A stretch of 63,294 bases of DNA, filler included, from Octopus bimaculoides (taxonomy: Eukaryota): NCBI RefSeq assembly GCF_001194135.2. It is 5 parts of 5 records of this genome, joined end to end, with 100 filler letters (N's around TTAATTAATTAA, not from the genome) between each part and the next. Parts side by side here need not be neighbours in the genome. Positions count along the whole stretch, not along the records: positions 1 to 12,660 come from NC_068995.1; positions 12,761 to 36,892 come from NC_068982.1; 3 more parts are not named here. One strand, written 5' to 3'. Below, piece by piece: positions 11,998-23,325 of the stretch. Below the pieces are notes generated by a model. It did no database searches. It was not told the DNA's origin and was given only the letters and a program-made list of their open reading frames with translations. Every line of letters begins with the position of its first letter. Within the stretch, counting starts at the first letter, position 1. A program made the position numbers and the translations under genes.

Positions 11998-12059
11998 GAT
12001 AAAACTCCGAGTTTCCGATACCCGGGTGGTGTTCCGCTCCGACCATCTCTTCAGTTATC
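11998..12059 (-). ncRNA. Candidate type I hammerhead ribozyme
   Basis: rc: GATAA CTGAAGA GAT..ATC G GAAAC TCGGA GTT TTATC. Perfect 5-bp stem I; one extra G before GAAA. Confidence 0.55.
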
Positions 12060-12660
12060 CAGCGACCGGAGGTTCTGTTTGAAAAACCGTTATGGAAACG
12101 AAAATAAAAGGAAATAAGCAACCATAAACATAAACAAAGGGAAATTACTGTGTGGTGTCAAAACCCGTCTAAATTTGCATATATCATACACGCACGCACA
12201 TACCTCAAAGTGCGTACGTTTATATCTACGAGCGCACGTATCCTCGCACATATACTGTTCCTTGTGCGTGTCTATAAGCGCACGGAAAAGAGGTTTGCAG
12301 GGGAGGAAAAAGACAGAAATACTATATGTGGGAAAATACAAAAACCATTAACCCTATACCTATGTAGAAACCTAAAAATAATTAAAATTATATTATAATA
12401 TCGAAATATAAAAATAAAAAATAAAAATATAAGATTCAGGTAAAAAGTGAAAAAAGTGAAAGAGGTGAAAGAATTTAATATGGGAGCTTATCAGTGCCGC
12501 CCATCAGCACAAAATATTAAAAAATATAAATAAAAAAAATATATATAAAGTATACGAAATAATTATAGAGGCACAAAAAAATATATATGTAATAGGAAGC
12601 AAGTCCAATCTGTAGCCTCAGGGGGACCAAAAACGTCCACATGTGACCAAATATAATTAT

Positions 12661-12760
12661 NNNNNNNNNNNNNNNNNNNNNNNNNNNNNNNNNNNNNNNN
12701 NNNNTTAATTAATTAANNNNNNNNNNNNNNNNNNNNNNNNNNNNNNNNNNNNNNNNNNNN
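12661..12760. other. Artificial scaffold-join pad (N44-TTAATTAATTAA-N44)
   Basis: The same pad recurs at 36893-36992, 54585-54684 and 60847-60946; the 12-mer places stops in all six frames. Confidence 0.9.
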
Positions 12761-13036
12761 TAGGGTTGCTTCCCTGTACTAACACCGCCGGTGCTATAAA
12801 TATACGACGCATCCCTCAATCATAAAATCACGTGGAGATGCATTTGACTAAAACTGGAACAATGAGCTTAAATAGCACCCATCCTACATCCCCTTACAGG
12901 AAGACCAACACAACTCCAACTAAAACGTAAGGCTTTCTTTACCTATCGCTACTATTACACCACCACATACATTAATACACCCACTAATCACTTCTCCTAC
13001 ATTTCGCACACCACAAACTCTGAACATACTCCTCAA

Positions 13037-13088
13037 CATTCTGATGAGATCTGCCAAACCACTGGCTTGATTGAAACGTACGTAAATG
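13037..13088 (+). ncRNA. Type I hammerhead ribozyme, canonical core, PLE-type
   Basis: CATT CTGATGA GATC..GATT GAAACGTACGTA AATG. Stem I 4 bp, stem II GATC/GATT, palindromic ACGTACGT stem III, GUA triplet. Confidence 0.75.
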
Positions 13089-13382
13089 ACTATTGCATAA
13101 CATGCACAATGACTCACTACATAACCTCAACCTCCACGTAATAAAACAGTGGCTAACTAGTCCAACAGTATTGCTTTTTCTTGTATTTGTTGCTCCATTC
13201 TCCACATAAATATATATATATATAAATAGAAATATTAATATTTCTAAGTCTCTCTAAAGACGACTATGGCAGTGGTACTGGATATTAATAGTTATCACCA
13301 AGCCAACATGGCAGTCCACAGAATTTAGGTAAATAATCCTTCGTACAGACAGTCAGTAGTGACGCCTGCTGGGTCCGGCTGC

Positions 13383-13424
13383 TCTACATTGATAAGGGGC
13401 AAACACCTGAAACTAGTCTGTAGA
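13383..13424 (+). ncRNA. Candidate type I hammerhead ribozyme, U3-A8 variant
   Basis: TCTACA TTGATAA GGGG-CAAACA-CCT GAAAC TA GTC TGTAGA. Confidence 0.75.
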
Positions 13425-13741
13425 TGCCAGACCAGCAAGGGGAAGCAGCTGACCTCCCCTGTCCAAAGGTTATAATGGACACAGGTTCGAGTGTCACATA
13501 ACTAACTAGAGGCAATGGCCTCTTGGAGATAATCAACAGCAGCATTCGTCCTATTTTTTGGACTGCCATGTTGGCTTGCCGATAACTATTAATATCAAGT
13601 AGCGCTGCCGTAGTCTCCTTTAGAGAGACTTAGAAATATTAATATTTCTATTTTTGAAAACCAGAGGACGTATTCCACTGAATTTAGGTAAATGATCCTT
13701 CGTACAGACGGTCAGTAGCGACACCTGCTGGGTTCAGCTGC

Positions 13742-13784
13742 TCTACATTGATAAGGGGCAAACACCCTGAAACTAGTCTGTAGA
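13742..13784 (+). ncRNA. Candidate type I hammerhead ribozyme, U3-A8 variant
   Basis: TCTACA TTGATAA GGGG-CAAACA-CCCT GAAAC TA GTC TGTAGA. Confidence 0.8.
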
Positions 13785-13945
13785 TGCCAGACCAGCAAGG
13801 GGAAGCGGCTGACCTCCCCTGTTCGAAGGTTATAATGGATACAGGGTCGTGTGTCACATAGCTAGCTGGAGGCAATGGCCTCTTGGAACTAATCAACGGC
13901 AGCATTCATCCTATTTTTTGGCTTGGCAATAACTATTAATGTATA

Positions 13946-14340
13946 TCATCATCATCATCATCGTTTAACGTCCGCTTTCCATGCTAGACTGAGGACTGGC
14001 AAGCCAGAAGGCTGCACCAGGCTCCAATCTGATTTGGCAGAGTTTCTACAGCTGGATTCCTTTCCTAACGCTAACCACTCTGAGAGTGTAGTGGGTGCTT
14101 TTACGTGCCACCAGCACGAAGGCCAGTCACACGGTACTGGCAACAGCCACGCTCAAAAAGGTGTTTTTTACGTGCCACCTGCATGAGAGCCAGTCCAGTT
14201 GCACTGGCAATGACCTCGCTCGAATGATTTTCTAATGTGCCACCAGCACAAGTGCTAGAAGGCAACGCTGGTAACGATTACGCTCAAATGGTGCTATTTA
14301 CGGGCCACTAGCACGGAAGCCAGACAGCTGCTCTGACAAT
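13946..14340 (-). mobile_element. RTE-family LINE 3'UTR fragment
   Basis: (CAT)n-CGTTTAACGTCCGCTTTCCATGC start on the plus strand; homologous to 34177-34590. Confidence 0.85.
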
Positions 14341-14668
14341 ACATATATATATATATTATCTCATATTAACTCATAGTTTATTTCATATATATATATATAT
14401 ATATATGAAATAAACTATGAGATAATATGTAGAAATATGAGGTAGTAATTATTACATTAATTAGCAGAAAACCATCTGCAGAGCAGTGTTTCTGCTAGTA
14501 AAATGAACAAAACTTCTTTAGCTAAATTTCTAATAATACACTAAATAGTTGCAATAACGTGATATACAAAAAAACAAATATATATGCTCTCTTCAATAAT
14601 CCAAACTATGAACTGCTGAAAAACAATTGATAAAATTGAATTAATAATTGTCAATTAAGTACACTTAC

Positions 14669-14756
14669 CAACAAGTGGGGTTGGACAAGGTGGTGTAACT
14701 TGAAAAAAACATGACCTTTGATCATGTTGCCATGAATGAGCTACTCTGCCAGAATT
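14669..14756 (-). CDS. Putative host-gene exon (NSGRVAHSWQHDQRSCFFQVTPPCPTPLV)
   Basis: TTATAG acceptor, GTAAGT donor, one open frame, 88 bp. Confidence 0.55.
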
Positions 14757-15301
14757 CTATAATCACAACAAAAATAATTTAGAATGTTTCTGAAATGATT
14801 TTTTATACTATAAATGGTTATATATGGTTCAAATATGTGAAAGTTCTAATTCAAGTAAATGTTTTTCAAGTAGATTAGACGTTTTGTAATAAAACAAATA
14901 TATAAGTCAATGATTTTAATTTAGGGAAAGTTGTATTCCCAAAGAACACTTGATGTGAATTGTACTATATGTTATTAATATGATCACGAGAAAAAAAATT
15001 CTACAACTTATATTAAGATACTTTTTGCTTCCTTCATTAAACTGGCTAGGACATATAAAGGTATATATAACACATACACAGAGTTGTCCAAGAAAGGTTC
15101 ATAAGTCTGATAAAGAGTACACTCAATATGAAGTATTAAAGTGGGTATAATATTAATACAATATCATAAGATGCAAACCATGCTCAGCTAGGCAAAGCTA
15201 CCGGCTGGCTCAGTTGTAAATCATTATGTTATTCTATACAGAAATTAGTCAAACAATCATCAGACATGGGTGACTGGAAGAGCAAAGGCTGGACTCTTTC
15301 T

Positions 15302-16795
15302 TGTGGTGTTATGAGCCAGGCTGTATTGTAGGGAAGGACCAGAAGTGAGGGAATACGCATGTCCTGTGGGTCCCACTGGAAGGGCCATGGTGAGAATGCG
15401 GGGTTGGCAAAGCGCAAGTGGTGAGTAGGCAGTGGACAGCATACAAGAGCAGACCTGTTAGATGGTACGGTGGCAGACAGAGCATGTGGATGTCATGAGT
15501 TACCCTTCCAGATAGACAGGTAAGACTATTGTAATTCTCTCTCTACTTCCCTCTTTTCCTCCTTCACAACACAAGCTATTCAGCTCAAAACAAAAAAATG
15601 ATGGGTATGGTTTGTGTTTTGAATGAGATGGTTAGGCCATTTTGTGGCAAGGGAGATGTCGCCACTTGGTTGAAAAAAATTAAGTTGGTGACAAGATTCC
15701 ACGGTGTAGATGACCTAACCAGTTTCATACTATTGTACCTTGACGGATCGACGTTGGCGCTATACCTGGAAATGGAGATGAAGGACCAGTTAAGCACAGA
15801 AAAAACAGAGAAGAGGTCAAATAAAGAGCAGCAGAGAGGGGTCGAACAAGTAACGTGTGTGACCCTTCAAAGGGCAGTGTTTTCAGTGTCAGGGTTCAAA
15901 CATGGTGAGAGACTGCAAAGAACCCAAGCTGGGAGTAATTTGCTACCAATGCAGACAAACGGGCCACATTGCCAGTGAATGCATTCAGGGAAATGGTCTA
16001 AGGGAGACTACTGTGCAGGTAGTCGTCCTGTCAAAAGAATAGAAATGTGTATACGGACATTGCCAATTGTGTACGTCGTGGTGGAAGGAAAGGTATCATG
16101 AGTCCTTGTGGACACAGGCTGCTCAACAACCCTAATGACTCAGAAGGTGGTAGAAGAATGGAGTGGAGTGAGTAGTGTAAGGGCTGTTGATGGTACAGAA
16201 GTTGAATGCAGAAGAAGCAGTGATGTGGAGATGGTGATATGAGGAACAAGATTGAGGTTGCGTGCGATAGTGATCGACCACATGGTGGACGGAATCAATG
16301 TGGTGATGGTGATAGATGCCACTGTTCGTTTGGGAGGTGTCACAATCAATGAAGCCGGTCTAATATTCGGTGATGCAGGGGTGCTATGCACTGTGAGACA
16401 GGAGGGTGGTGAAAGCCGCAAAGAAAAATATGCTGCACACACCAGTACAGACAAGGATTTTGGGGCTGTGTTCGACGGCAGGCAGTGGACAGTGGAATGA
16501 TACTAGAAGAGAGATCCTCTGATATTGAAAAATGCAGTAGGCTGCTATCAGCATACCCTGAAAGGGGATGCCAGAAGTGAGTTCAAGGGAGAGGTGGAAC
16601 AAGGAAGGTATTCTGATCCCTTGGAAGGAGGAAGTGGAGAGTGGAGTGGTACCACTGATGGCAGTGGTGCAGACGACAAAGCATAAAGTCAGGCCGGTAT
16701 TAGATTTCCAAGAGCTGAACAACCACGTATTGTGCCATACGGGTGACAAAGCCACAGATATTTGCAGCGAAACCTTGGGAGTGTGGAGTCTCCTG
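15302..16795 (+). mobile_element. Ty3/Gypsy LTR retrotransposon remnant (possible LTR, gag, protease, RT start)
   Basis: Gag-like GDVATWLKKIKLV..LYLDG. Intact CCHC CYQCRQTGHIASEC at 15941-15982. Protease LVDTGC at 16105-16122. RT start PLMAVVQ..VRPVLDFQELN. LTR limits (~15302-15571) are tentative. Confidence 0.85.
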
Positions 16796-16809
16796 TCTAG
16801 CACCGGTGA

Positions 16810-17728
16810 AAAATAAAAAAACAAAGGGTAAATTTTTAGATTAACACCCACATGATTTTCACGAAGGAAAAAAAAAACTTAGATGCTTTGCATGGAATCA
16901 AGTACCTTGACCTCCTAATATGCTGCAAATCCCTTATTTTGGTNNNNNNNNNNNNNNNNNNNNNNNNNNNNNNNNNNNNNNNNNNNNNNNNNNNNNNNNN
17001 NNNNNNNNNNNNNNNNNNNNNNNNNNNNNNNNNNNNNNNNNNNNNNNNNNNNNNNNNNNNNNNNNNNNNNNNNNNNNNNNNNNNNNNNNNNNNNNNNNNN
17101 NNNNNNNNNNNNNNNNNNNNNNNNNNNNNNNNNNNNNNNNNNNNNNNNNNNNNNNNNNNNNNNNNNNNNNNNNNNNNNNNNNNNNNNNNNNNNNNNNNNN
17201 NNNNNNNNNNNNNNNNNNNNNNNNNNNNNNNNNNNNNNNNNNNNNNNNNNNNNNNNNNNNNNNNNNNNNNNNNNNNNNNNNNNNNNNNNNNNNNNNNNNN
17301 NNNNNNNNNNNNNNNNNNNNNNNNNNNNNNNNNNNNNNNNNNNNNNNNNNNNNNNNNNNNNNNNNNNNNNNNNNNNNNNNNNNNNNNNNNNNNNNNNNNN
17401 NNNNNNNNNNNNNNNNNNNNNNNNNNNNNNNNNNNNNNNNNNNNNNNNNNNNNNNNNNNNNNNNNNNNNNNNNNNNNNNNNNNNNNNNNNNNNNNNNNNN
17501 NNNNNNNNNNNNNNNNNNNNNNNNNNNNNNNNNNNNNNNNNNNNNNNNNNNNNNNNNNNNNNNNNNNNNNNNNNNNNNNNNNNNNNNNNNNNNNNNNNNN
17601 NNNNNNNNNNNNNNNNNNNNNNNNNNNNNNNNNNNNNNNNNNNNNNNNNNNNNNNNNNNNNNNNNNNNNNNNNNNNNNNNNNNNNNNNNNNNNNNNNNNN
17701 NNNNNNNNNNNNNNNNNNNNNNNNNNNN

Positions 17729-17765
<37 letters not shown>

Positions 17766-18606
17766 CAGCGTGAAACCTTCGATGCAACCTTCTCCAATGC
17801 ATATCTTCAATACAGCCTTGACCGATAGTATCCCTAGGAGGAGTTAGGACTAGATTGGGATTAGTCGCAGTCTTTTAGAGGCTCCCGAGCCCCCTTTTAC
17901 TAGGTTAGCTTAGGCTTAGGTTAAGACTTAGTTGGGATTCGAACATAACCTCTTCTGACACAAAGGATCGGGAGCCCTTTTGGGCATTCTATTTTCCTTA
18001 CCGGAAGGGCTCCCAACCCATGGGCCAAGGGGTGTTAAATGATGGGGGTGGTGGTTTTGAAAGGGCCAGCATGTGCAACTGGATCACCTCTGCCAGTCAA
18101 GCTCCTAACGCATGCAGTCCTGTATCGACACTGATTCTGCAGAACTGTGTTGGGTGTGAAAACTAATTTTAAAGTATAGATATAGATTTTTTGAATCAGT
18201 GATATTGCATTCAGTTAAGTCCTATTTGGGGTGAAAAATCAATGAACTGATTCCTTATGGGGCTTTCCATTCAATCAGGATGGAAAATCAATAAACCAAT
18301 TCCTTACAGGATTTCCCACTAAAATTGGCTACACCCCATTTTCAACCATAACGTTTACCAATTTTGACGTATTTTGTTCAAACTTGATGCTAGCATTACT
18401 TAGAACTCATGGAATCTTTAAATACTTTAAGTTCTCCAATAAAAAAAAACCTAGTCAAATTGTTTGCAAATCATTTTCAGCCAAATGTTTACCAATTTCA
18501 ACGGATTTCACTCAAATTTCACATTGGTGTTAGTTTGGTTTGAAACAAGGTGCTTGATTAGCTTAATAATCCTAACTTAATCCTGGGCAACGCCGGGCTA
18601 TACTGC
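16810..18606 (+). mobile_element. Non-autonomous Helitron (copy 1, spans a gap)
   Basis: Shares several blocks with 24703-25440; 3' hairpin CCTGGGCAACGCCGGG followed by CTATACTGC, but the terminal TAG is missing. Confidence 0.7.
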
Positions 18607-18834
18607 ATATGCTGACATTGTTAAATTTGAATGAGATGATACTTATAAAGGCAATTTGTGACTAACACTAAAACTAGCAATGGTCTCACCCGAATAAAAA
18701 GGAATTAAAACTAAAACCAAGGTTAAGAAAAAGTAGGTTAAACAAATGGTATAAAAACTGAAACCTGATAGAATCAACTTATCTACTGAAAAAATATGTT
18801 GTATCTACTGAAGAAATATGAAGCCTAGACTCAC

Positions 18835-18923
18835 CAGCCAAATGATTGGTGATTCTAAGTCTTGTCATATTTCTAAAGTGGACAATATTTACAAGAAATG
18901 AAGCTGATGAAGCCAAAATAGAC
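18835..18923 (-). CDS. Putative host-gene exon (SILASSASFLVNIVHFRNMTRLRITNHLA)
   Basis: CATTCAG acceptor, GTGAGT donor, single open frame, 89 bp. Confidence 0.65.
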
Positions 18924-19842
18924 CTGAATGTGCAAATGTAGTTTAAAATAACATAATGGTACATATAAAAGGAAGCTTTGAGTAAAAGTAAAATTACATA
19001 GCTTTGTTTAAATAATAAACTTCTTTTGTTAAATTATCTGAAAATATGAAAGAAAAATCATGTAGAATTGCAGTAGAAGCTCACCATATGTAATTGTTCT
19101 TTATTGAGGCAATGCAATAACCTTGTGCCGATATAAGAAATTACTAAAGTAGTGTAAAATAGAACAAGTACATAGAAGCTTTACCAAATATTTCAGAAAG
19201 CGAAAGTATATTTAATGATCATGATAAATTGCACATCAATATTATGATATATTTACATCTATATTGTTATTTGGCACCCCTTATTTGCCAAATATTAGTA
19301 GTACAACTTCAATATTAGTACTGCAGTAAAACTAAATATACTTTAAGCATAGTAATACATTGGAAACATTGAATATTTCACATTTCAAAATCCTTGGATC
19401 TTTGATATTCTTAATATTTTGTAATTTTTGTAATCCTGATCTGAAGATTAAACAAACTAAATTTTCTGTGCATTCAATGCTTCACTCTCCTTATGCATTA
19501 TTCAATGCTTATTGAGAAAACGAAAATGGAAAAAATTTAAAATGATCCAGTTTCTTGAATATGCAGCAAAATCATGACTGTGGATTGTAGGAATTATTAG
19601 ATAAGATGCCTTTAATAGCATGTAATTGCTTCACTTTATGTACTGAGTTTAACGCCACCATCCTCCTGACAACAAAACAAGTGCTCTTCAAGTACTGGTG
19701 TCAATCTAATCAACTATGCTTCAGTGACTATATCAAAAATCAGCATTCTGGCAGTGCTCCAGCATAGCCACAGTCAAATGACTGAAGCAAGTAAAAAAAT
19801 AAAAGAATATAACTAAAGACAAAAAATAAGAAATATACTTAC

Positions 19843-19947
19843 TAAAGCAGAAAATACAGCTGGTTTCTTGTAAAGTTTTTGCTGTAGGCCATCAATTTTT
19901 TTACCAATTTCATCTTTCCACAGATCAGCAGAATTTGAATATTCCTT
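19843..19947 (-). CDS. Putative host-gene exon (KEYSNSADLWKDEIGKKIDGLQQKLYKKPAVFSAL)
   Basis: TTTTCATATTCAG acceptor, GTAAGT donor, 105 bp, phase 0-0, open. Confidence 0.7.
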
Positions 19948-20724
19948 CTGAATATGAAAATTGGACTAAATATTAAAAACATTTTACAGAAATATGATAA
20001 AAACATTACAAAACAATTTCCATTACTCAACCAAAATGGGTATATTTAAATATATTACATGTTTGCTATTGCTTTTGTTATTATTTTGATGGTAGGCAGT
20101 AAGTTTGGANNNNNNNNNNNNNNNNNNNNNNNNNNNNNNNNNNNNNNNNNNNNNNNNNNNNNNNNNNNNNNNNNNNNNNNNNNNNNNNNNNNNNNNNNNN
20201 NNNNNNNNNNNNNNNNNNNNNNNNNNNNNNNNNNNNNNNNNNNNNNNNNNNNNNNNNNNNNNNNNNNNNNNNNNNNNNNNNNNNNNNNNNNNNNNNNNNN
20301 NNNNNNNNNNNNNNNNNNNNNNNNNNNNNNNNNNNNNNNNNNNNNNNNNNNNNNNNNNNNNNNNNNNNNNNNNNNNNNNNNNNNNNNNNNNNNNNNNNNN
20401 NNNNNNNNNNNNNNNNNNNNNNNNNNNNNNNNNNNNNNNNNNNNNNNNNNNNNNNNNNNNNNNNNNNNNNNNNNNNNNNNNNNNNNNNNNNNNNNNNATA
20501 TATATATATATATATATATATAGTTCCACTTTCATTGTGGAAAGACGTGCTTTTTGTGCACCTAAAACAACCCAGAAGGATTCTGTAAATCAACGAAAAA
20601 TCTACAAAAACGTCGTACTTGTTATTTCATGACAGTCTACTATAATATACTAGTAATACAATTAATATATTACACTAAAAGTTTAATATGTTCTTTTCTT
20701 TTCTACTCTAGGCACAAGGCCCGA

Positions 20725-23285
20725 AATTTTGTCTCTCCTTCCCTTTCATATCTTCCTCCTTTTCTTACTTCTATCTCCCTTCCTTTGTCTCTCTCTACAT
20801 CTACCTCGCCCCTCTCATCTCATCCTCTCCCTCATATACTTCCTATTTTCCCTCCTCTTCTCACTCCATCTCTCCCTTTCTCTCACATCCTTCATTCTCT
20901 CCTCTCTCTCCCTCACTGTCTCTCTTTCTCTTCCCCTCCTCTCTCTCTCTCTGTCTCGCTATCGCTCCATACCCCCTTTCTCTTCTTCATATCACCCTTT
21001 CTCTTTCCTTCATATCTCCCTCTCTCTTCCCCCCTCACTCTCTTTGTCTTTTTCCTGTCTACCTCCCTCTGTCTCTCTCACTTCCTCTCTATCCGCCCCC
21101 ACTCTGGGCTTAGAAAACGAAGATGGCACCAAAGTGGGAGAGCAACTTCTGTTGCGTGCATAGATGATTGCTAGCAGCAATCTGCCAAACAGCATTATCA
21201 CTGCTGCACTGAAGAACAATGGCTTCTGTAGAACCATTGAGCAGACAGAGCAGAAGGTAAATGAATTCATCCGATCCTATGCCATCAGACCACACATTGA
21301 CACTCTTGATGACACCATGGAAAACTACTGTGGCAAAGCTGATAAGGATAGAGAAAACGAAACAAAAACCAGAAGTCTCTTTGATTCAGTGGTTCCTCAA
21401 AAGAATGGCTGGCCCACCCATGAACAACCCAGCTGATAAAGATAGGGAAGCTAAGAAAGCAACAACCAGAAGTCCCTCTGTGCCAGTGGTCCTACAAAGG
21501 AATGGAGTCCTCACCCCATTGGACAACCAGAGGAATGCAAGTGCTACCACAAGAAAAGGCAGGAAAGAACACGAGCACAAACAAAAAGTAGGAAGGAGAG
21601 AAAAAGGAAAAGGGAAAAAATGAAATAACTAAAACCAAAACCCCATACCACTGAAAACAAACAGAAAACTCAAATATGGAGGCTCCAATGGAATCCGAAA
21701 CCCTAGAGGAGAGAAGAAATTTGGAGTGAACTCAAGGACCTACAAATTTTACCTGCAAAGCAAATGTTGGCATGGGGAAGATGGTACAAATTGTTGGTTT
21801 GTTCAATTGAGATCTCGCCAAAATTACAGGGGCCTTAAGGAGAAATACTGCCCTGAGGAAAGGTACCAATCACCTCCAAAGAAAAAATATACAAATGCAG
21901 TGCACTCTTCAGATATTATGTGCAAGGTAGCAGCTGAGCAAGTCTTTCTTGTGCATGGCACAAAAGATTGTGCAGCAGCTGAACTGGCTACATCAAGTGC
22001 AAACAAGGAACCTTGCCCACCACTGTGCAAAACCACCACAATCAACAGACATGGGATAGCCTCCCCACACACCTGCACAGTCATCATGCCAATATTTTTA
22101 ATAAATATTGGGGGCCTGTTGTATTGCAACAACAAAAGCAAAGTTTTTCCCTAAGAGACCTTGCTGCATTCAATCAAGCCCTATGCTTAGCACTCGTGGA
22201 AACTCTTCTGAACCCTGATATAGAGGATGCAGAAGTACACGTACCAAAATATACCATACTATGAACAAACATGGTGGAGTTGCTGTATACATCTGCAAAG
22301 ACCTCACACCCCAGGTCTTACTGTCATACTCAAATTCAGTATGTCACACTTTAATTGTATACATAAGACAACACAATATAGCCACATGCAATCCATATCA
22401 CCCACTGGATGTTCTAAACAACATGGGCAAATTTGAAGATTGCTTCACAAGAATTAAAGAAATCCTTATGAAACTGGAACACCATGTGAGCGTATTTCTT
22501 GTGGGTGATTTCAACTTCCCCAATGTCAAATGGCCTTAAGGCCTCATGCTCTCAGGAATGACTCATTGCAAATAAGCACAGGTGGAGTCCCTGCTCAACC
22601 TCACCAATGCCCTATTCATGGAACAAGTCATACTCAGACCAACTAGGGCAAATGACATTTTGGATCTCTGCTTCACAAATAATATGGACATCATTCATGA
22701 TGTGAGAGTGACGCTGACATTAATTTTGGATCACAACATAATAGAGCTGTCTATGTTTGGGCCAAAAGTAACCAGAGACATACAGCCTAAAGGAAGCACC
22801 CGAAATCTCTCCAATCTGAACTTCCACAAAGCAGACTGGAAATCGATCCAAAAAGAGATCCTCAGACAGGACTGGCTAAAACATCTCTCTACACCAGACA
22901 TTGGCATGAAATTAGAATATTTCATATCTGTTATACAAACCATATGCCAGAAATAAGTCCCAGAGTACAAGGCCAACACAAAAAGGAACAAGATTCCAAG
23001 GGAGAGAAATATCCTGATGAGACAACAGATGAAGATTGCAAATCGCTTCAACCAACATTCCAAAAGTATCGAAAGGTCCTGCCTAAAAACAACACTGATG
23101 AAGATTGAAAAAAGCCTGCAACAATCCTATGTGAGGGAGAGAGCAGACAAAGAAGCTTGTGTTATAAAAAACATTAGGTCAAACCCAAAGGCCTTCTTTC
23201 ATTATGCCAAAAAAACAATATGCTGCAAGATAGGACCCCTCTTCCAAAAGGATGGCTCCCTCACAGACAGTCCAACCAGTATCAT
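20725..23285 (+). mobile_element. CR1-clade LINE 5' half (CT-rich 5' region, ORF1 remnant, endonuclease)
   Basis: Cys-rich ORF1-like KFYLQSKCWHGEDGTNC; endonuclease GGVAVYI, GDFNFP, LDLCFTN; clearly homologous to rc of 9750-11010. Confidence 0.85.
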
Positions 23286-23325
23286 GTAAATGCTGTAAAG
23301 AAAAGTAAATGTATGCATTTAGGAT

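Larger units (their letters stand above)
13224..13940 (+). repeat. Tandem (~359-bp period) plus inverted repeat array carrying hammerhead motifs
   Basis: 95-bp inverted repeats at 13224-13318 and 13559-13653; ~240-bp core at 13321-13558 repeated at 13680-13921. Confidence 0.9.

Noticed and set aside
13224-13653. Simple MITE interpretation of the 95-bp inverted repeats
   Set aside because: No TSD is seen, the core repeats in tandem beyond the right arm, and a homologue at 2955-3140 lacks the arms; not excluded, but less likely.
13988-14012. CTGAGGA-CTGGC-AA-GCCAG hammerhead-like hairpin in RTE 3'UTR
   Set aside because: It is followed by AAGG rather than GAAA, and lies antisense to the element.
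16836-17847. Long ORFs of 280-330 aa (also 3518-4201, 20023-20632, 41908-42797)
   Set aside because: Their length comes from N runs translated as X.
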